Source: Eubacteriales bacterium
GTDB taxonomy: Bacteria; Bacillota; Clostridia; Oscillospirales; SIG627
DNA length: 64,000 bases
Reading direction: 5' to 3'
NCBI GenBank assembly: GCA_045536965.1
Contig: JAZSON010000012.1
Location: 83,889-147,888, forward strand
The notes under the pieces were generated by a model, which saw nothing but the letters and a program-made list of their open reading frames with translations, had not been told where the DNA came from and did not search any database. This document shows positions 28,547 to 38,568 of the stretch, one piece after another. Both the position numbers and the translations under genes were made by a program. How positions within the stretch are numbered: position 1 is the stretch's first letter; every line of letters starts with the position of its first letter.

Positions 28547-29575
28547 TCAGCGACAAACACCGCCGAATAATACCGCTTCACCATCGTAAAACACCGCCGA
28601 TTGTCCGGGACAAACCAATGTCGGCTCGGCAGTTTCCACAAATGCGCCGTCTTTTTGGATATTCACCCTGCATTCCACAGGCTTTGCGCGATAACGTGTA
28701 CGCACATGGCAAATCAATTCACCCGTTTGAGGCGCCATCGAAAGAAACATGGGAGAATCAATATCAAAAGCTGTTCTCAACGGCGACTCGGTTGCAAGCA
28801 CGATATCCCCGCTTACAGGATCAATCGATTGCACAAAACAACGCTCTCCCATGGCAACGCCCAAACCGCGCCGTTGACCCACGGTATACCGCACAATTCC
28901 TTTGTGCCGCCCGATTTCTCGCCCTTTGACATCCACAAATCGTCCCGTTTTCCAAACCGATTCGGCGGGAAAATCAGCGTTTTGCTCTAAAAATGCGACG
29001 TAATCGTCATTGGGAATAAAGCAGATCTCCTGACTTTCTTTCTTTTTGGCGCAAACATAGCCTTCTTTTTCGGCAAAGGCCTTTAAATCCTTTTTCATGT
29101 ATCCGCCAAGCGGCAGAAGCAGTCGCGAAAGCTGTTCTTGAGACAACTGCCAGAGAAAATAACTCTGATCCTTACCCTTATCCACTCCCTCGCAAATGCC
29201 AAAACGACCGTTATCACAGGTAACGCGAGCATAATGTCCCGTAGCAATACGGGGAATACCGTATTTTTCCGCCGCGCGATAAAGCACCTCAATTTTTACA
29301 GTGCGGTTGCACCGCGCGCAGGGATTGGGGGTTTTTCCGGCTTTGTAATTCTCAATAAAATCGGAAATCACACAATCGTGAAAGCGACCAATGTGCTCTT
29401 CTTCCACCAAAGAAATACCAAGCTGTGCCGCCACATCTCGCGCGCCCGATGGATCAGCCTCCGGGAAAAACGAGAAAAACGCTCCTGTCACTTCATATCC
29501 GGCTTCCTGCAACAAATGTGCCGCAACAGCGCTATCAACGCCGCCGGATAAACCAAGCAATACCTTTTCTGCCAT
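28547..29575 (-). CDS. mnmA: tRNA-specific 2-thiouridylase
   Basis: PP-loop motif GLSGGVDSAV plus conserved Cys residues. Its ATG overlaps the nifU stop (ATGA). Confidence 0.9.
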   Translation of the reverse strand: MAEKVLLGLSGGVDSAVAAHLLQEAGYEVTGAFFSFFPEADPSGARDVAAQLGISLVEEEHIGRFHDCVISDFIENYKAGKTPNPCARCNRTVKIEVLYRAAEKYGIPRIATGHYARVTCDNGRFGICEGVDKGKDQSYFLWQLSQEQLSRLLLPLGGYMKKDLKAFAEKEGYVCAKKKESQEICFIPNDDYVAFLEQNADFPAESVWKTGRFVDVKGREIGRHKGIVRYTVGQRRGLGVAMGERCFVQSIDPVSGDIVLATESPLRTAFDIDSPMFLSMAPQTGELICHVRTRYRAKPVECRVNIQKDGAFVETAEPTLVCPGQSAVFYDGEAVLFGGVCR

Positions 29576-30003
29576 CAGTCGTGTTTGCCGCAACTGTCAC
29601 AACAGCCGCTGCAACCGATCTCAAAATCAATCGGACGCCCGATTTTGTTATAATAATCGGCAATCGCCTGCTTGACCGCCTCTTCGGCAAGAACAGAACA
29701 GTGGATCTTTGCAGGGGGGAGGCCGCCCAATTCATCCACCACCATTTTATTGGTGACCTGCAATGCTTCGGCAATGCTTTTACCCTTGATCATCTCGGTC
29801 GAGACCGACGAAGTAGCAATAGCGGCGCAGCAGCCGAATGTCTGAAACTTGATATCGGTGATGACATCGTTATCAATTTTCAAATAAATGCGCATAATAT
29901 CACCGCATTTGGCGTTTCCGACCTCACCGACAGCATCGGCATTCTCCATAACGCCGACGTTGCGGGGGTTGGTAAAATGATCCATAACCTTTTCTGTATA
30001 CAT
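29575..30003 (-). CDS. nifU: Fe-S cluster assembly scaffold protein NifU/IscU
   Basis: Opens MYTEKVMDHFTNPRNVG. The three scaffold cysteines are present (GNAKCGD, FGCCAAIA, IHCSVLA). Confidence 0.9.
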   Translation of the reverse strand: MYTEKVMDHFTNPRNVGVMENADAVGEVGNAKCGDIMRIYLKIDNDVITDIKFQTFGCCAAIATSSVSTEMIKGKSIAEALQVTNKMVVDELGGLPPAKIHCSVLAEEAVKQAIADYYNKIGRPIDFEIGCSGCCDSCGKHD

Positions 30004-30027
30004 AGTTTTATACTTCCTTTCCAATCC

Positions 30028-31200
30028 TTACATGCGGTTATAAAGGGGTGACATGGCGCGCAACTTTGCCAAAACCTGCGATACAGCATCGGCAATATAC
30101 GCCACATCCTCCGCGGTGTTGTCCACATCTAATGTCAAACGCAAAGAACCATGGGCAATTTCGTGGGGCAGACCAATGGCCAGCAAAACGTGCGACGGAT
30201 CAAGCGATGCCGTGGAACACGCTGAACCGGTCGAAGCGCAAATCCCCATAATATCCAGCCACGCAATCAATGACTCGCCCTCTACAAATTCGCAGGAAAT
30301 GTTAAGGTTGCCGGGCAATCTGTCAACAGGGTGTCCATTGAGTTTTGTGTGGGGGAGTGCAAGAAGCTTTTCGGCCAAGCTGTCACGCAAAGCACGAACC
30401 TCTTCTCTTTTTTTTCTGCCTTCTTCACTGCACATTTCTTCCAGCGCCTTGGCAAGACCGACTGCAGCCGCCACATTTTCCGTGCCCGAACGCTTCCTTT
30501 TTTCCTGTCCGCCGCCACTGATCAAAGGGGCAATGCGGGTACCCTTCTTAATATACAAGGCACCAATGCCCTTTGGTCCATGGAGCTTGTGTCCCGAAAG
30601 CGACAAAAGGTCCACTCCCAACGCATGTACGTCTATATCTACATGTCCGACAGCCTGCACGGCATCGGTGAAAAAGAGCGATCCGTTTTGGTGAGCAATC
30701 TCACAAAGCTCCCGAATAGGTTGGATGGTACCAATCTCATTGTTTGCAAACATGACAGCGGTTAAAACCGTTCCGTCCACCAACGCATTCTTCAATTCCG
30801 CGGGAGAAACCTTTCCATCGGCATCCACCGACAGCTTCGTTACTCTCTTCCCGTGCTTTTCCAAGTCTTCCACGGTGCGTAAAACAGCAGGATGCTCAAT
30901 AACGGTGGTAATAATATGATCGCCTTTTTTGGCGTACGCCTCTGCAATACCGCGAATCGCCCAGTTATCGGCCTCGCTGCCGCCTGAAGTGAAATATATT
31001 TCCTCGGGATCCGCGCCCAAACACTTTGCAATCAAGGCTCGCGCGCCCTCAAGCGCAGCTTTGGCTTCTCTTCCCAAAGAATAGAGCCCTGAAGACGGAT
31101 TTCCGTATACATTCGTCATATACGGCATCATGGCGGCCAGCACCGACTCAGACATTTTGGTTGTTGCGGCATTATCCGCATACACAAATCTTTTTTCCAT
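30028..31200 (-). CDS. nifS: cysteine desulfurase NifS
   Basis: PLP lysine motif SGHKLHGPKG and active-site STGSACS. 390 aa. Confidence 0.9.
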   Translation of the reverse strand: MEKRFVYADNAATTKMSESVLAAMMPYMTNVYGNPSSGLYSLGREAKAALEGARALIAKCLGADPEEIYFTSGGSEADNWAIRGIAEAYAKKGDHIITTVIEHPAVLRTVEDLEKHGKRVTKLSVDADGKVSPAELKNALVDGTVLTAVMFANNEIGTIQPIRELCEIAHQNGSLFFTDAVQAVGHVDIDVHALGVDLLSLSGHKLHGPKGIGALYIKKGTRIAPLISGGGQEKRKRSGTENVAAAVGLAKALEEMCSEEGRKKREEVRALRDSLAEKLLALPHTKLNGHPVDRLPGNLNISCEFVEGESLIAWLDIMGICASTGSACSTASLDPSHVLLAIGLPHEIAHGSLRLTLDVDNTAEDVAYIADAVSQVLAKLRAMSPLYNRM

Positions 31201-31448
31201 TTATACCTCTACCTAATTTCAGCACACGAAATAATCATCGTGTTTCCTTATTTTTTCGATATCACCCTATATAATAGCACATTTTATAAAAAAAGCAAGT
31301 CCAATCACCCAAAAGAAAACATTTTCCCTTGGTTGATTCCAAATAAATTCCGTGGTACAATTTTAAAAAACACATCTTTGTAAGATTTTGGTTTTATTTT
31401 TCGTCTATTAAGGTGAAAGCTTTCATTGCCATATAAGGAGGCGTTAGG

Positions 31449-32000
31449 ATGGATGACCACAAAATCATAGAGCTGTATTGGAACCGCGACGAAACGGCTA
31501 TTCGCGTATCCGATGAAAAATACGGCCATTACTGCCGCACCATCGCCCAAAATATTCTTGACTCGGCGGAAGACAGCGCAGAATGTGTCAATGATACCTG
31601 GCACAACGCTTGGAAAGCCATTCCACCCCAAAAACCCGAAAAACTTCGTCACTTTTTTGGCTGTATCACCCGCCGTCTCGCCATTGACCGCTATGGCTAC
31701 AACCACGCACAAAAGCGCAATGCGCATGTTGAAGCAGTGATGGACGAATATGCAGAATGTATCCCAAGCGGCAGCGCTCCTATTGAAGACGAGGTTGTCC
31801 TGAAGGATCTCATCAACACCTTTTTGGCAAGCCTTAACAAACAAACCCGCATCATCTTTTTGCGCCGCTACTGGTATGCCTGTTCGGTAGGAGAAATCGC
31901 TTCGTCCATGCAGCTGACCGAATCATATGTCAGCGTCATCCTGCACCGCACACGCATCGGATTCAAAGAATTTCTTGAGAAAGAAGGTTTATCTGTATGA
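31449..32000 (+). CDS. sigma-70 family (ECF-like) RNA polymerase sigma factor
   Basis: 183 aa with region-2-like (VNDTWHNAW...RRLAIDRY) and region-4 HTH-like (SVGEIASSMQLTESYVSVILHRTR) segments. AAGGAGG RBS. Confidence 0.8.
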   Translation: MDDHKIIELYWNRDETAIRVSDEKYGHYCRTIAQNILDSAEDSAECVNDTWHNAWKAIPPQKPEKLRHFFGCITRRLAIDRYGYNHAQKRNAHVEAVMDEYAECIPSGSAPIEDEVVLKDLINTFLASLNKQTRIIFLRRYWYACSVGEIASSMQLTESYVSVILHRTRIGFKEFLEKEGLSV

Positions 32001-33964
32001 AAAACAAGTGGTTTAACACCTTAAATCTTGTCGATGAAAAATATGTCAGCGAGGCCGCTCCCGTTGATAAAACCAAACAAAAAAAGCGCAAACGCATGGC
32101 GCTTTCCGCCATCGCCGCCTGTGCCTGCCTTGCATTTATTCTCTGCACCGCTTGGCTTTTTACCCCCTACAACAACACACCGCCCGACGTTTCCCGCTAT
32201 GCCAACAGCGCGTATTACGGCGTTATACAAAAATTAAATATTTTAACCTGGGAAAAACCCAAATATAACAACCGCTTTGAAAAATTGGCGACAGAACTTT
32301 CCGCGGGCATTTCGTATATTACAGACACAAAAACCGAAGGCAGCGACGGTATTATCTACGCGCCCGAAGCCGATGATAACGATATGCTCAACGGTGGTGC
32401 CGCAGGCGGAAACTTCCCTACCGATCCCGACCCCGAAAACAGCGAATCCTACCAAGAGACCACCGACAATCAGGTCGAGGGCGTGATCGAAGCCGACCGT
32501 ATCAAACGAAGCGACAAATATATCTACTATCTCGATAAATTCACCCTCCGTATCTTCTCTATCGCCGGCATGGACTCGGCTGAGCTTGGACATTTCAACC
32601 TTTCGGGCAACCAAAACAATTATACCGAAAAATGGGCATTTTATCTATCCCAAGACTGCAAAACCGCCACCGTTGTCACTCAATATTATTCAAATGACAA
32701 ACAGGTTTTGGTCAGCATCGTCGCTTTAGACGTCACCGACCCTACAAACATCCGCGAAAAAAACCGCTTTGAGATCACGGGTAACTATATCTCCTCTCGT
32801 GTCACCGAAGGAAAACTCCTTTTACTCACCGAATTTGTTTTTGAAAAGCAAACCATTGATTTCGATGACGAAACCACCTTTTTACCTCAAATCAACACGG
32901 GAAACGGCTTTGAAAGCATCCCATCCGACGGCATCACCCTCCCCGAAACCGTTCTCAGTACCCGCTATACCGTGGTCATCAAGCTGGATGAAAACACCCT
33001 GAAACCCGAGGGAAGCGCCGCCTACCTTTCCTATTCCGAGGACGTTTACGTTTCCAAGGATCATTTGTTCCTGACCCACGTTTTTTCCGATGTCAAGGAG
33101 GACGGTGACACAAAAATCCGCAACGCCATGACCGAGGTCTCCTGCCTTGCTTACAGGGGCGATCAATTTGAAAAAAAGGGCTCGGCAACCGTCCGCGGCT
33201 ACGTCAAAGACCAATGGAGCATGGATGAATACGAAAACATTCTCCGCGTTGTCACCACCACCAACGCCACACAGATTTATGAATCCTCCTACTACGGCAA
33301 CGGGTCGGTTTCCGCCGACATCCTCATCACCGCCACAGGCAATTCCAATGCAAGTCTTTACTGCATCGATCTAAAAACCTTTGCTGTGGTTGCGAAAGTC
33401 GAAGATTTTGCTCCCCCGCGCGAAGAAGTACAATCGGTTCGTTTTGACAAAAACACCGCATATATATGCACCTCTATTGAAATGTCCGACCCCGTTTTCT
33501 TCTTTGATCTTTCGGATCTTGAAAACATCACCTACAAAGACACGGGCACCATCGAAGGCTTCTCCACCTCGCTTGTAAACTTTGCCGACGGTTACCTCCT
33601 CGGCATCGGACAAAGCAACTGGAGCACCTTTAAAGCCGAAATCTATACCGAAACCGAAAACGGCGTGGAAGGCTTCTGCCAATACACCTACAACGGCGCA
33701 AGCTATTCAACCGACTACAAATCCTACTATATCGACCGCGAAAACCGTCTGCTCGGTCTCGGCGTCACCGATTATAACCACCATGAAAGCGAGCGGTATA
33801 TTCTATTGCATTTCGATGGATACAATCTGGTAGAATGGCTCAATGTCTCCCTGCAGGGCGACAACCAAAACAAACGCGGCGTTTATATCGACGGATATAT
33901 GTATCTGTTCGGCGAAAACGACTTTCAAGTGCTCATACTTCTCCCAAAACTTAAAAACAAATAA
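31997..33964 (+). CDS. membrane-anchored secreted beta-propeller-domain protein, putative anti-sigma partner
   Basis: 655 aa. A short cytoplasmic N-terminus, one TM helix (LSAIAACACLAFILCTAWLF) and a large extracytoplasmic domain. Its ATGA start overlaps the sigma-factor stop. Confidence 0.65.
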   Translation: MKNKWFNTLNLVDEKYVSEAAPVDKTKQKKRKRMALSAIAACACLAFILCTAWLFTPYNNTPPDVSRYANSAYYGVIQKLNILTWEKPKYNNRFEKLATELSAGISYITDTKTEGSDGIIYAPEADDNDMLNGGAAGGNFPTDPDPENSESYQETTDNQVEGVIEADRIKRSDKYIYYLDKFTLRIFSIAGMDSAELGHFNLSGNQNNYTEKWAFYLSQDCKTATVVTQYYSNDKQVLVSIVALDVTDPTNIREKNRFEITGNYISSRVTEGKLLLLTEFVFEKQTIDFDDETTFLPQINTGNGFESIPSDGITLPETVLSTRYTVVIKLDENTLKPEGSAAYLSYSEDVYVSKDHLFLTHVFSDVKEDGDTKIRNAMTEVSCLAYRGDQFEKKGSATVRGYVKDQWSMDEYENILRVVTTTNATQIYESSYYGNGSVSADILITATGNSNASLYCIDLKTFAVVAKVEDFAPPREEVQSVRFDKNTAYICTSIEMSDPVFFFDLSDLENITYKDTGTIEGFSTSLVNFADGYLLGIGQSNWSTFKAEIYTETENGVEGFCQYTYNGASYSTDYKSYYIDRENRLLGLGVTDYNHHESERYILLHFDGYNLVEWLNVSLQGDNQNKRGVYIDGYMYLFGENDFQVLILLPKLKNK

Positions 33965-34020
33965 ATAACTAAGAAAGCAATCGTTTTGCTCCTGTTAAAT
34001 TTTCACACACAAAACAAAAC

Positions 34021-34057
34021 AAAAACCTCTTTTGTCCATGGACAAAAGAGGTTTTTT
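34021..34057. terminator. bidirectional intrinsic terminator
   Basis: 26-nt perfect palindrome CCTCTTTTGTCCATGGACAAAAGAGG flanked by A5 and T7. It terminates the plus-strand gene ending at 33964 and the minus-strand tRNA. Confidence 0.85.
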
Positions 34058-34133
34058 TGGTGACCCATCGGAGAGTCGAACTCCGGACACCATGATTAAA
34101 AGTCATGTGCTCTACCTTCTGAGCTAATGAGTC
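34058..34133 (-). tRNA. tRNA-Lys (anticodon UUU), CCA encoded
   Basis: Minus-strand sequence GACTCATTAGCTCAGAAGGTAGAGCACATGACTTTTAATCATGGTGTCCGGAGTTCGACTCTCCGATGGGTCACCA. The acceptor stem pairs 7 bp, the anticodon loop is CTTTTAA, and the T-arm is CGGAG-TTCGACT-CTCCG. Confidence 0.93.
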
Positions 34134-34153
34134 ATGCGTTTTTGCGCTCGACT

Positions 34154-34182
34154 ATCGTATCACATTCTTTTGGATTTGTCAA
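34154..34182 (-). promoter_or_regulatory. sigma-A type promoter for tRNA-Lys
   Basis: On the minus strand: TTGACA, 17-nt spacer, TACGAT, about 20 nt upstream of the tRNA 5' end. Confidence 0.55.
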
Positions 34183-34210
34183 GAAGATTCTGCATATTTT
34201 TTTCATCTAT

Positions 34211-35011
34211 TTAAAAAATCTTTTTTTCTTCCTCAAAAATCGCAAGATTTTCCCGCAAAAGCCCCTCTCCCCGCCATCCAAAAGCACGAGTTTTGAGCTT
34301 ATCTTTCGCAACCAAATCATCCAAAATATCCAAGGTCAGTTTTTCAATGCGATTTTTTCTGAAAAAATCAAGCGGTGTTTCACTTACTCTTTGATTCATG
34401 GGGCAAACCTCTTGACAAATATCACAGCCCCAGATCAGCTTTCCCTTCAAAAGCATGGCGTTCTCGCGTTCATCCCGTTTCTTTTTTTGAGTTAAACCCG
34501 AAAGACAGCCGTCAAAAGAACCGCCAACGCACCCTGCGGGACATGCCTTTTTACATTTTTCACACCCCAAACAATTTTTATGCTCCACCGCAACAGAAAC
34601 CGCAACGGGTGACAAATGCACAAAAGCGCCGATAAAAACGAATGAACCGTATTTTTCGTTGATCACTAAACCGTTCTTTCCCAGCACCCCCAGCCCGCCA
34701 TCGAGTGCCATTTTTCTGTCATCCAACGGCGAATTGTCGCAAAAACCCAAAATTTCTCCCTGTATTTGGTTTTGTGCCCTCGCAAAAAGTTGTGAAAAAT
34801 ACATGTGATAATCTTCCGAGACGGCATAAAGCGAAATATTTCTTTTTCCACCCTCTTCGGCAATAAAATAAGGCAACAAAAACACCGTCACGCCAAAAAC
34901 TTCCCTACCTGCGGACTCTCTTTGCCATTTATTCGAGTTTTTTATATACGCTTCACACCACGGCAGGGTAGCAAAATATTCAATTTTCTCGCGATCAAAA
35001 AATTTCTTCAT
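34211..35011 (-). CDS. 4Fe-4S ferredoxin-type protein, epoxyqueuosine reductase (QueG)-like
   Basis: 266 aa from the ATG at 35011 (GAGGAG RBS). Two Cys clusters: CLGCEKCKKACP and CDICQEVCP. Shorter than canonical QueG, so the function is tentative. Confidence 0.55.
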   Translation of the reverse strand: MKKFFDREKIEYFATLPWCEAYIKNSNKWQRESAGREVFGVTVFLLPYFIAEEGGKRNISLYAVSEDYHMYFSQLFARAQNQIQGEILGFCDNSPLDDRKMALDGGLGVLGKNGLVINEKYGSFVFIGAFVHLSPVAVSVAVEHKNCLGCEKCKKACPAGCVGGSFDGCLSGLTQKKKRDERENAMLLKGKLIWGCDICQEVCPMNQRVSETPLDFFRKNRIEKLTLDILDDLVAKDKLKTRAFGWRGEGLLRENLAIFEEEKKIF

Positions 35012-35152
35012 GCCCACACTCCTCACCGCATCTGTTACAAAAAGTATAGCAGAAGCGCAAGCATTTTGCAATCCCTTGCGAAAACCGTTTTTTTATGGTA
35101 TAATCGTGCCGTACAAATGAAACAATAAAATAATACAAATATATAACGCACT

Positions 35153-35887
35153 ATGAAAGAAACAAAAAATACCGAAAAAACACCGAGTAAAAAGAAAATC
35201 ACCCCATGTCCGTACGCAAAAAAACTGTATCCGAACAAGCAAAAACGTGCGCTTGCGGCTGTATCCGTTTTGGAACAGTGCTATCCCGATCCCGCCTGCG
35301 CGCTTCAATATGACGGCGACCCGTTCCGCTTGCTCGTCATGGCGGTTCTGTCTGCCCAATGTACCGACAAAAGGGTCAATCTCGTCGCGCCTGCCCTTTT
35401 CGCCGCCTTCCCCGATGCAAAAACCATGGCTGCAGCAACACCGAGCGAGATCGAACCCTTTATAAAAAGCTGCGGTTTATATAAAACCAAAGCCAAAAAC
35501 CTGCAGAGCGCCGCCGTAATTTTAGACAAAGAGTATCAAGGCAAAGTCCCCGCCGATCGCGATGCTCTGCTGGCATTACCCGGCATCGGCAGAAAAGTCG
35601 CCAACCTCCTTTTGGGAGATCTTTTCTCCATCCCCGGCATCGTGGCCGACACCCACTGCATTCGCATTTCCAACCGTCTTTTTCTGTGCGACTCCACCGA
35701 CCCCTACCGCGTCGAACGACAACTCGACGCCTTGATCCCCCCCGAAAAGCAAAGTGATTTTTGCCACCGCTTGGTGCAGTTCGGACGAGACACTTGTTGT
35801 GCTCCCACCCCTCGGTGTGCGCTTTGTCCCCTCAAAGAACTTTACGACAAAACCCAATCCTTCACTCCGAAAGAGGAAAAATTATGA
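35153..35887 (+). CDS. nth: endonuclease III
   Basis: Helix-hairpin-helix LPGIGRKVANLLL, a C-terminal Cys cluster (CCAPTPRCALCP), and the SAQCTDKRVN block. Confidence 0.88.
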   Translation: MKETKNTEKTPSKKKITPCPYAKKLYPNKQKRALAAVSVLEQCYPDPACALQYDGDPFRLLVMAVLSAQCTDKRVNLVAPALFAAFPDAKTMAAATPSEIEPFIKSCGLYKTKAKNLQSAAVILDKEYQGKVPADRDALLALPGIGRKVANLLLGDLFSIPGIVADTHCIRISNRLFLCDSTDPYRVERQLDALIPPEKQSDFCHRLVQFGRDTCCAPTPRCALCPLKELYDKTQSFTPKEEKL

Positions 35888-38496
35888 AAAAACTGGTCAT
35901 TTTCGACGGAAACAGTCTTATGAACCGCGCTTTTTACGGCGTTCGTCCCCTTACCACAAAGGACGGACTTTACACCAACGCCGTTTTCGGATATATCAAC
36001 ATCCTGAAAAAGCACCTCGATGCTATTAACCCCGATTTTGCCGCCGTTGCCTTTGATTTAAAAGCCCCCACCTTCCGCCACAAAATGTTTTCGGACTACA
36101 AAGGCACCCGCAAAGGAATGCCGCCCGAATTGCAAATGCAAGTTCCCTTTGTACGGGAAGTCACCGTCCTCCTCGGACTTCACTGTTTGACAAAAGAAGG
36201 TTTTGAGGCGGACGACATTTTGGGCACCGTTGCAAAAACCGCCGAGGAAAATGACCTTTTTTCCTATATTGTCACAGGTGACCGCGACAGTTTGCAGCTT
36301 GTTTCGGCAACAACCTCCGTCATCATCGCATCTATGCAGGGCGACGTGGAAAATACTCCCGCCACCGTCATGGAAAAATACGGCGTTTCACCCCGCCAAC
36401 TCATTGAAGTCAAAGCGCTCGCAGGCGACACCTCAGACAACATCCCCGGAGTTGCAGGCATTGGCGAAAAAACCGCTTGTAAACTGATTTTCGAAAACCA
36501 AACCATAGAAAACCTCTATGCGTCACTTGATAACACAACCTATACGGCCAACATGAAAGAAAAATTGACCGCAGGCAAAGAAAATGCTTTTCTCAGCAGA
36601 AAATTGGCCGAAATTTGCACAGACGTTCCCGACATTCCCACCGCAACCGACTTGGGCCGCCAAGAAATCGATAAGGACGGCTTGCGTGCTCTTTTTATCA
36701 AATTGGAATTTTCCCGTCTTTTCTCCCGTTTCGGCTTGGAAGAAGTAGAAAAAACACCAATTATCAGCGCCCCAAACGAAACAGAAAACGCCCCCCCAAA
36801 AACAGACGGCCAACTCTCTTTGGATTTTGAAGACCAACCCACCGTCTCACTGCTCCCTCTCGGAACCATGGATGCAAGCACTTTTCGCCCCTGCGGTGAT
36901 GAACCTTGTTTTTTCTACGAGCAAAACAACGCCTGTTTTGTTCGGATAAAAGACGAAAGTTACCAATTAACAGGCGATATTGCCCCTTGGCTGAAAGAAT
37001 CGAAAAATCTCGTCGTTTTAAACGCCAAAGAGTATTATCGTTTCGCCCGCAACTCCCTCGGCTTCTTCCCCCCTGAAAACCAAGTTATTTTCGATGCTTT
37101 TCTGGCCGCTTATCTCATCAATCCTGCCGATCACGCCGCAGATATTTCCCGTTTATCCATGCGCTACCTTTCCCGCATGCTCACCCCGACCGAACAAGAG
37201 GATCCCGCCACCATCCTTTCCCTTTTAAGCGCCCTCTATCCCATCCTTTCCGAGCAACTGAAGGCAATCGGTGCCGAAAAACTGTATTTCGATGTCGATC
37301 TTCCCCTCGCTCGCACCTTGGCAAAGATGGAGCATGTCGGTTTCAAGGTATCCAAAGAAGGACTTTTGGATTACGGCAAAATGCTTCGGGAACAAATGGC
37401 CGTTTCCGAACAAGAAATTTATAATCTCGCAGGATACACCTTCAATATCAACTCTCCCAAACAACTTGGCACCCTGCTCTTTGAAAAAATGGGGCTCCCC
37501 TTCGCAAAAAAGAATTCCCGCGGTTTTTCTACCGATGCCGAAACCCTCGAAAAACTGCGTCCCCACGCCCCCATCGTTGAGCATATACTGCAATACCGCC
37601 AACTTTCCAAACTCTATTCGACCTATATCGAAGGATTGGTGGCTAAAATCTCACCGACCGACGGCAGAATTCACTCAACCTTCAACCAAACGCTGACCCA
37701 AACAGGCCGCCTTTCTTCCAACGAACCGAACCTGCAAAACATACCCGTCCGCACCGATTTGGGCCGCGAATTAAGACGTTTTTTTATCGCCGAAAACCAA
37801 AATTATACCCTCGTGGATGCCGACTATTCTCAAATCGAACTGCGCATCCTTGCGCATGTTGCCGCCGACGCTGCCATGCAAGCCGCCTTTTCCTCGGGGC
37901 AAGACATTCATACCACCACTGCCGCGCAAATTTTCCACATTCCTGCGGAAAACGTCACCCCACAAATGCGCAAATACGCAAAAGCTGTCAATTTCGGTAT
38001 TGTATACGGCATCAGCAGTTTTTCGCTCGCCACCGACATCGGCACCACCCGCGCCGAAGCCGCCGCCTATATCGAGCGTTATTTTGACACCTATCCCGAA
38101 GTGCGCCGTTACCTGAAAGAAATCGTGGAAAAAGCCGCCCAAGACGGCTATGTATCCACTCTTTTTGGCCGCCGTCGTTACATTCCCGAACTCTCGGCAT
38201 CCAACAAAAACACGCGCGCCTTCGGTGAACGTGTAGCGATGAATACTCCGATTCAAGGCACGGCCGCCGACATTATTAAGCTGGCTATGGTCAATGTTGA
38301 CCGCCGTCTTGAAAAAGAAAACAGAAAGACACGGCTGATTTTACAAGTACACGACGAACTCATCCTGGAAGCCCCGCGTGAAGAAGCCGAAGAAATGGTA
38401 AAGCTTTTGCGCGAAGAAATGGAGAACGCCGTTTCTTTATCGGTGACACTCTTGGCCGATGTTCACATCGGAGATTCATGGTTTGATGCAAAATAA
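35884..38496 (+). CDS. polA: DNA polymerase I
   Basis: 870 aa from the ATG at 35884 (ATGA overlap with the nth stop). 5'-nuclease N-terminus (MKKLVIFDGNSLMNRAFYG). Polymerase motifs A (DYSQIELRILAH), B (RKYAKAVNFGIVYG) and C (QVHDELILE). Confidence 0.95.
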   Translation: MKKLVIFDGNSLMNRAFYGVRPLTTKDGLYTNAVFGYINILKKHLDAINPDFAAVAFDLKAPTFRHKMFSDYKGTRKGMPPELQMQVPFVREVTVLLGLHCLTKEGFEADDILGTVAKTAEENDLFSYIVTGDRDSLQLVSATTSVIIASMQGDVENTPATVMEKYGVSPRQLIEVKALAGDTSDNIPGVAGIGEKTACKLIFENQTIENLYASLDNTTYTANMKEKLTAGKENAFLSRKLAEICTDVPDIPTATDLGRQEIDKDGLRALFIKLEFSRLFSRFGLEEVEKTPIISAPNETENAPPKTDGQLSLDFEDQPTVSLLPLGTMDASTFRPCGDEPCFFYEQNNACFVRIKDESYQLTGDIAPWLKESKNLVVLNAKEYYRFARNSLGFFPPENQVIFDAFLAAYLINPADHAADISRLSMRYLSRMLTPTEQEDPATILSLLSALYPILSEQLKAIGAEKLYFDVDLPLARTLAKMEHVGFKVSKEGLLDYGKMLREQMAVSEQEIYNLAGYTFNINSPKQLGTLLFEKMGLPFAKKNSRGFSTDAETLEKLRPHAPIVEHILQYRQLSKLYSTYIEGLVAKISPTDGRIHSTFNQTLTQTGRLSSNEPNLQNIPVRTDLGRELRRFFIAENQNYTLVDADYSQIELRILAHVAADAAMQAAFSSGQDIHTTTAAQIFHIPAENVTPQMRKYAKAVNFGIVYGISSFSLATDIGTTRAEAAAYIERYFDTYPEVRRYLKEIVEKAAQDGYVSTLFGRRRYIPELSASNKNTRAFGERVAMNTPIQGTAADIIKLAMVNVDRRLEKENRKTRLILQVHDELILEAPREEAEEMVKLLREEMENAVSLSVTLLADVHIGDSWFDAK

Positions 38497-38516
38497 TGCA
38501 ACATCTGCATAAAAAA

Positions 38517-38556
38517 CACGTCAGTGGGAAACACTTTCCACTGACGTATTTTTTTG
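38517..38556 (+). terminator. intrinsic terminator after polA
   Basis: Stem ACGTCAGTGG...CCACTGACGT followed by T7. Confidence 0.8.
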
Positions 38557-38568
38557 TGAGGTGCATTT

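Noticed and set aside
34058-34133. tRNA-Lys as an integration hotspot marking a genomic island
   Set aside because: No integrase, direct repeat of the tRNA 3' end, or phage or transposon genes lie on either side. The flanking genes are ordinary (a QueG-like gene and the sigma/anti-sigma pair).
28547-34133. A functional link between mnmA (which thiolates U34 of tRNA-Lys/Glu/Gln) and the nearby tRNA-Lys(UUU) gene
   Set aside because: They are about 4.5 kb apart, in separate transcription units with unrelated genes between them. The proximity is most simply coincidence. The nifS-nifU-mnmA linkage itself is a well-known arrangement.
35761-35883. Upstream extension of polA (ORF-track start at 35761) overlapping nth by 127 nt
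   Set aside because: The conserved 5'-nuclease N-terminus begins at MKKLVIFDG (ATG 35884), in an ATGA overlap with the nth stop. The extension is simply the alternative frame of nth.
36700-37200. Apparent loss of the 3'-5' exonuclease carboxylates in PolA (FFYEQNN where the DxE Exo I motif would align)
   Set aside because: This rests on a by-eye alignment only. Inactive proofreading domains are common in Firmicutes Pol I enzymes, so it is not unusual even if true.
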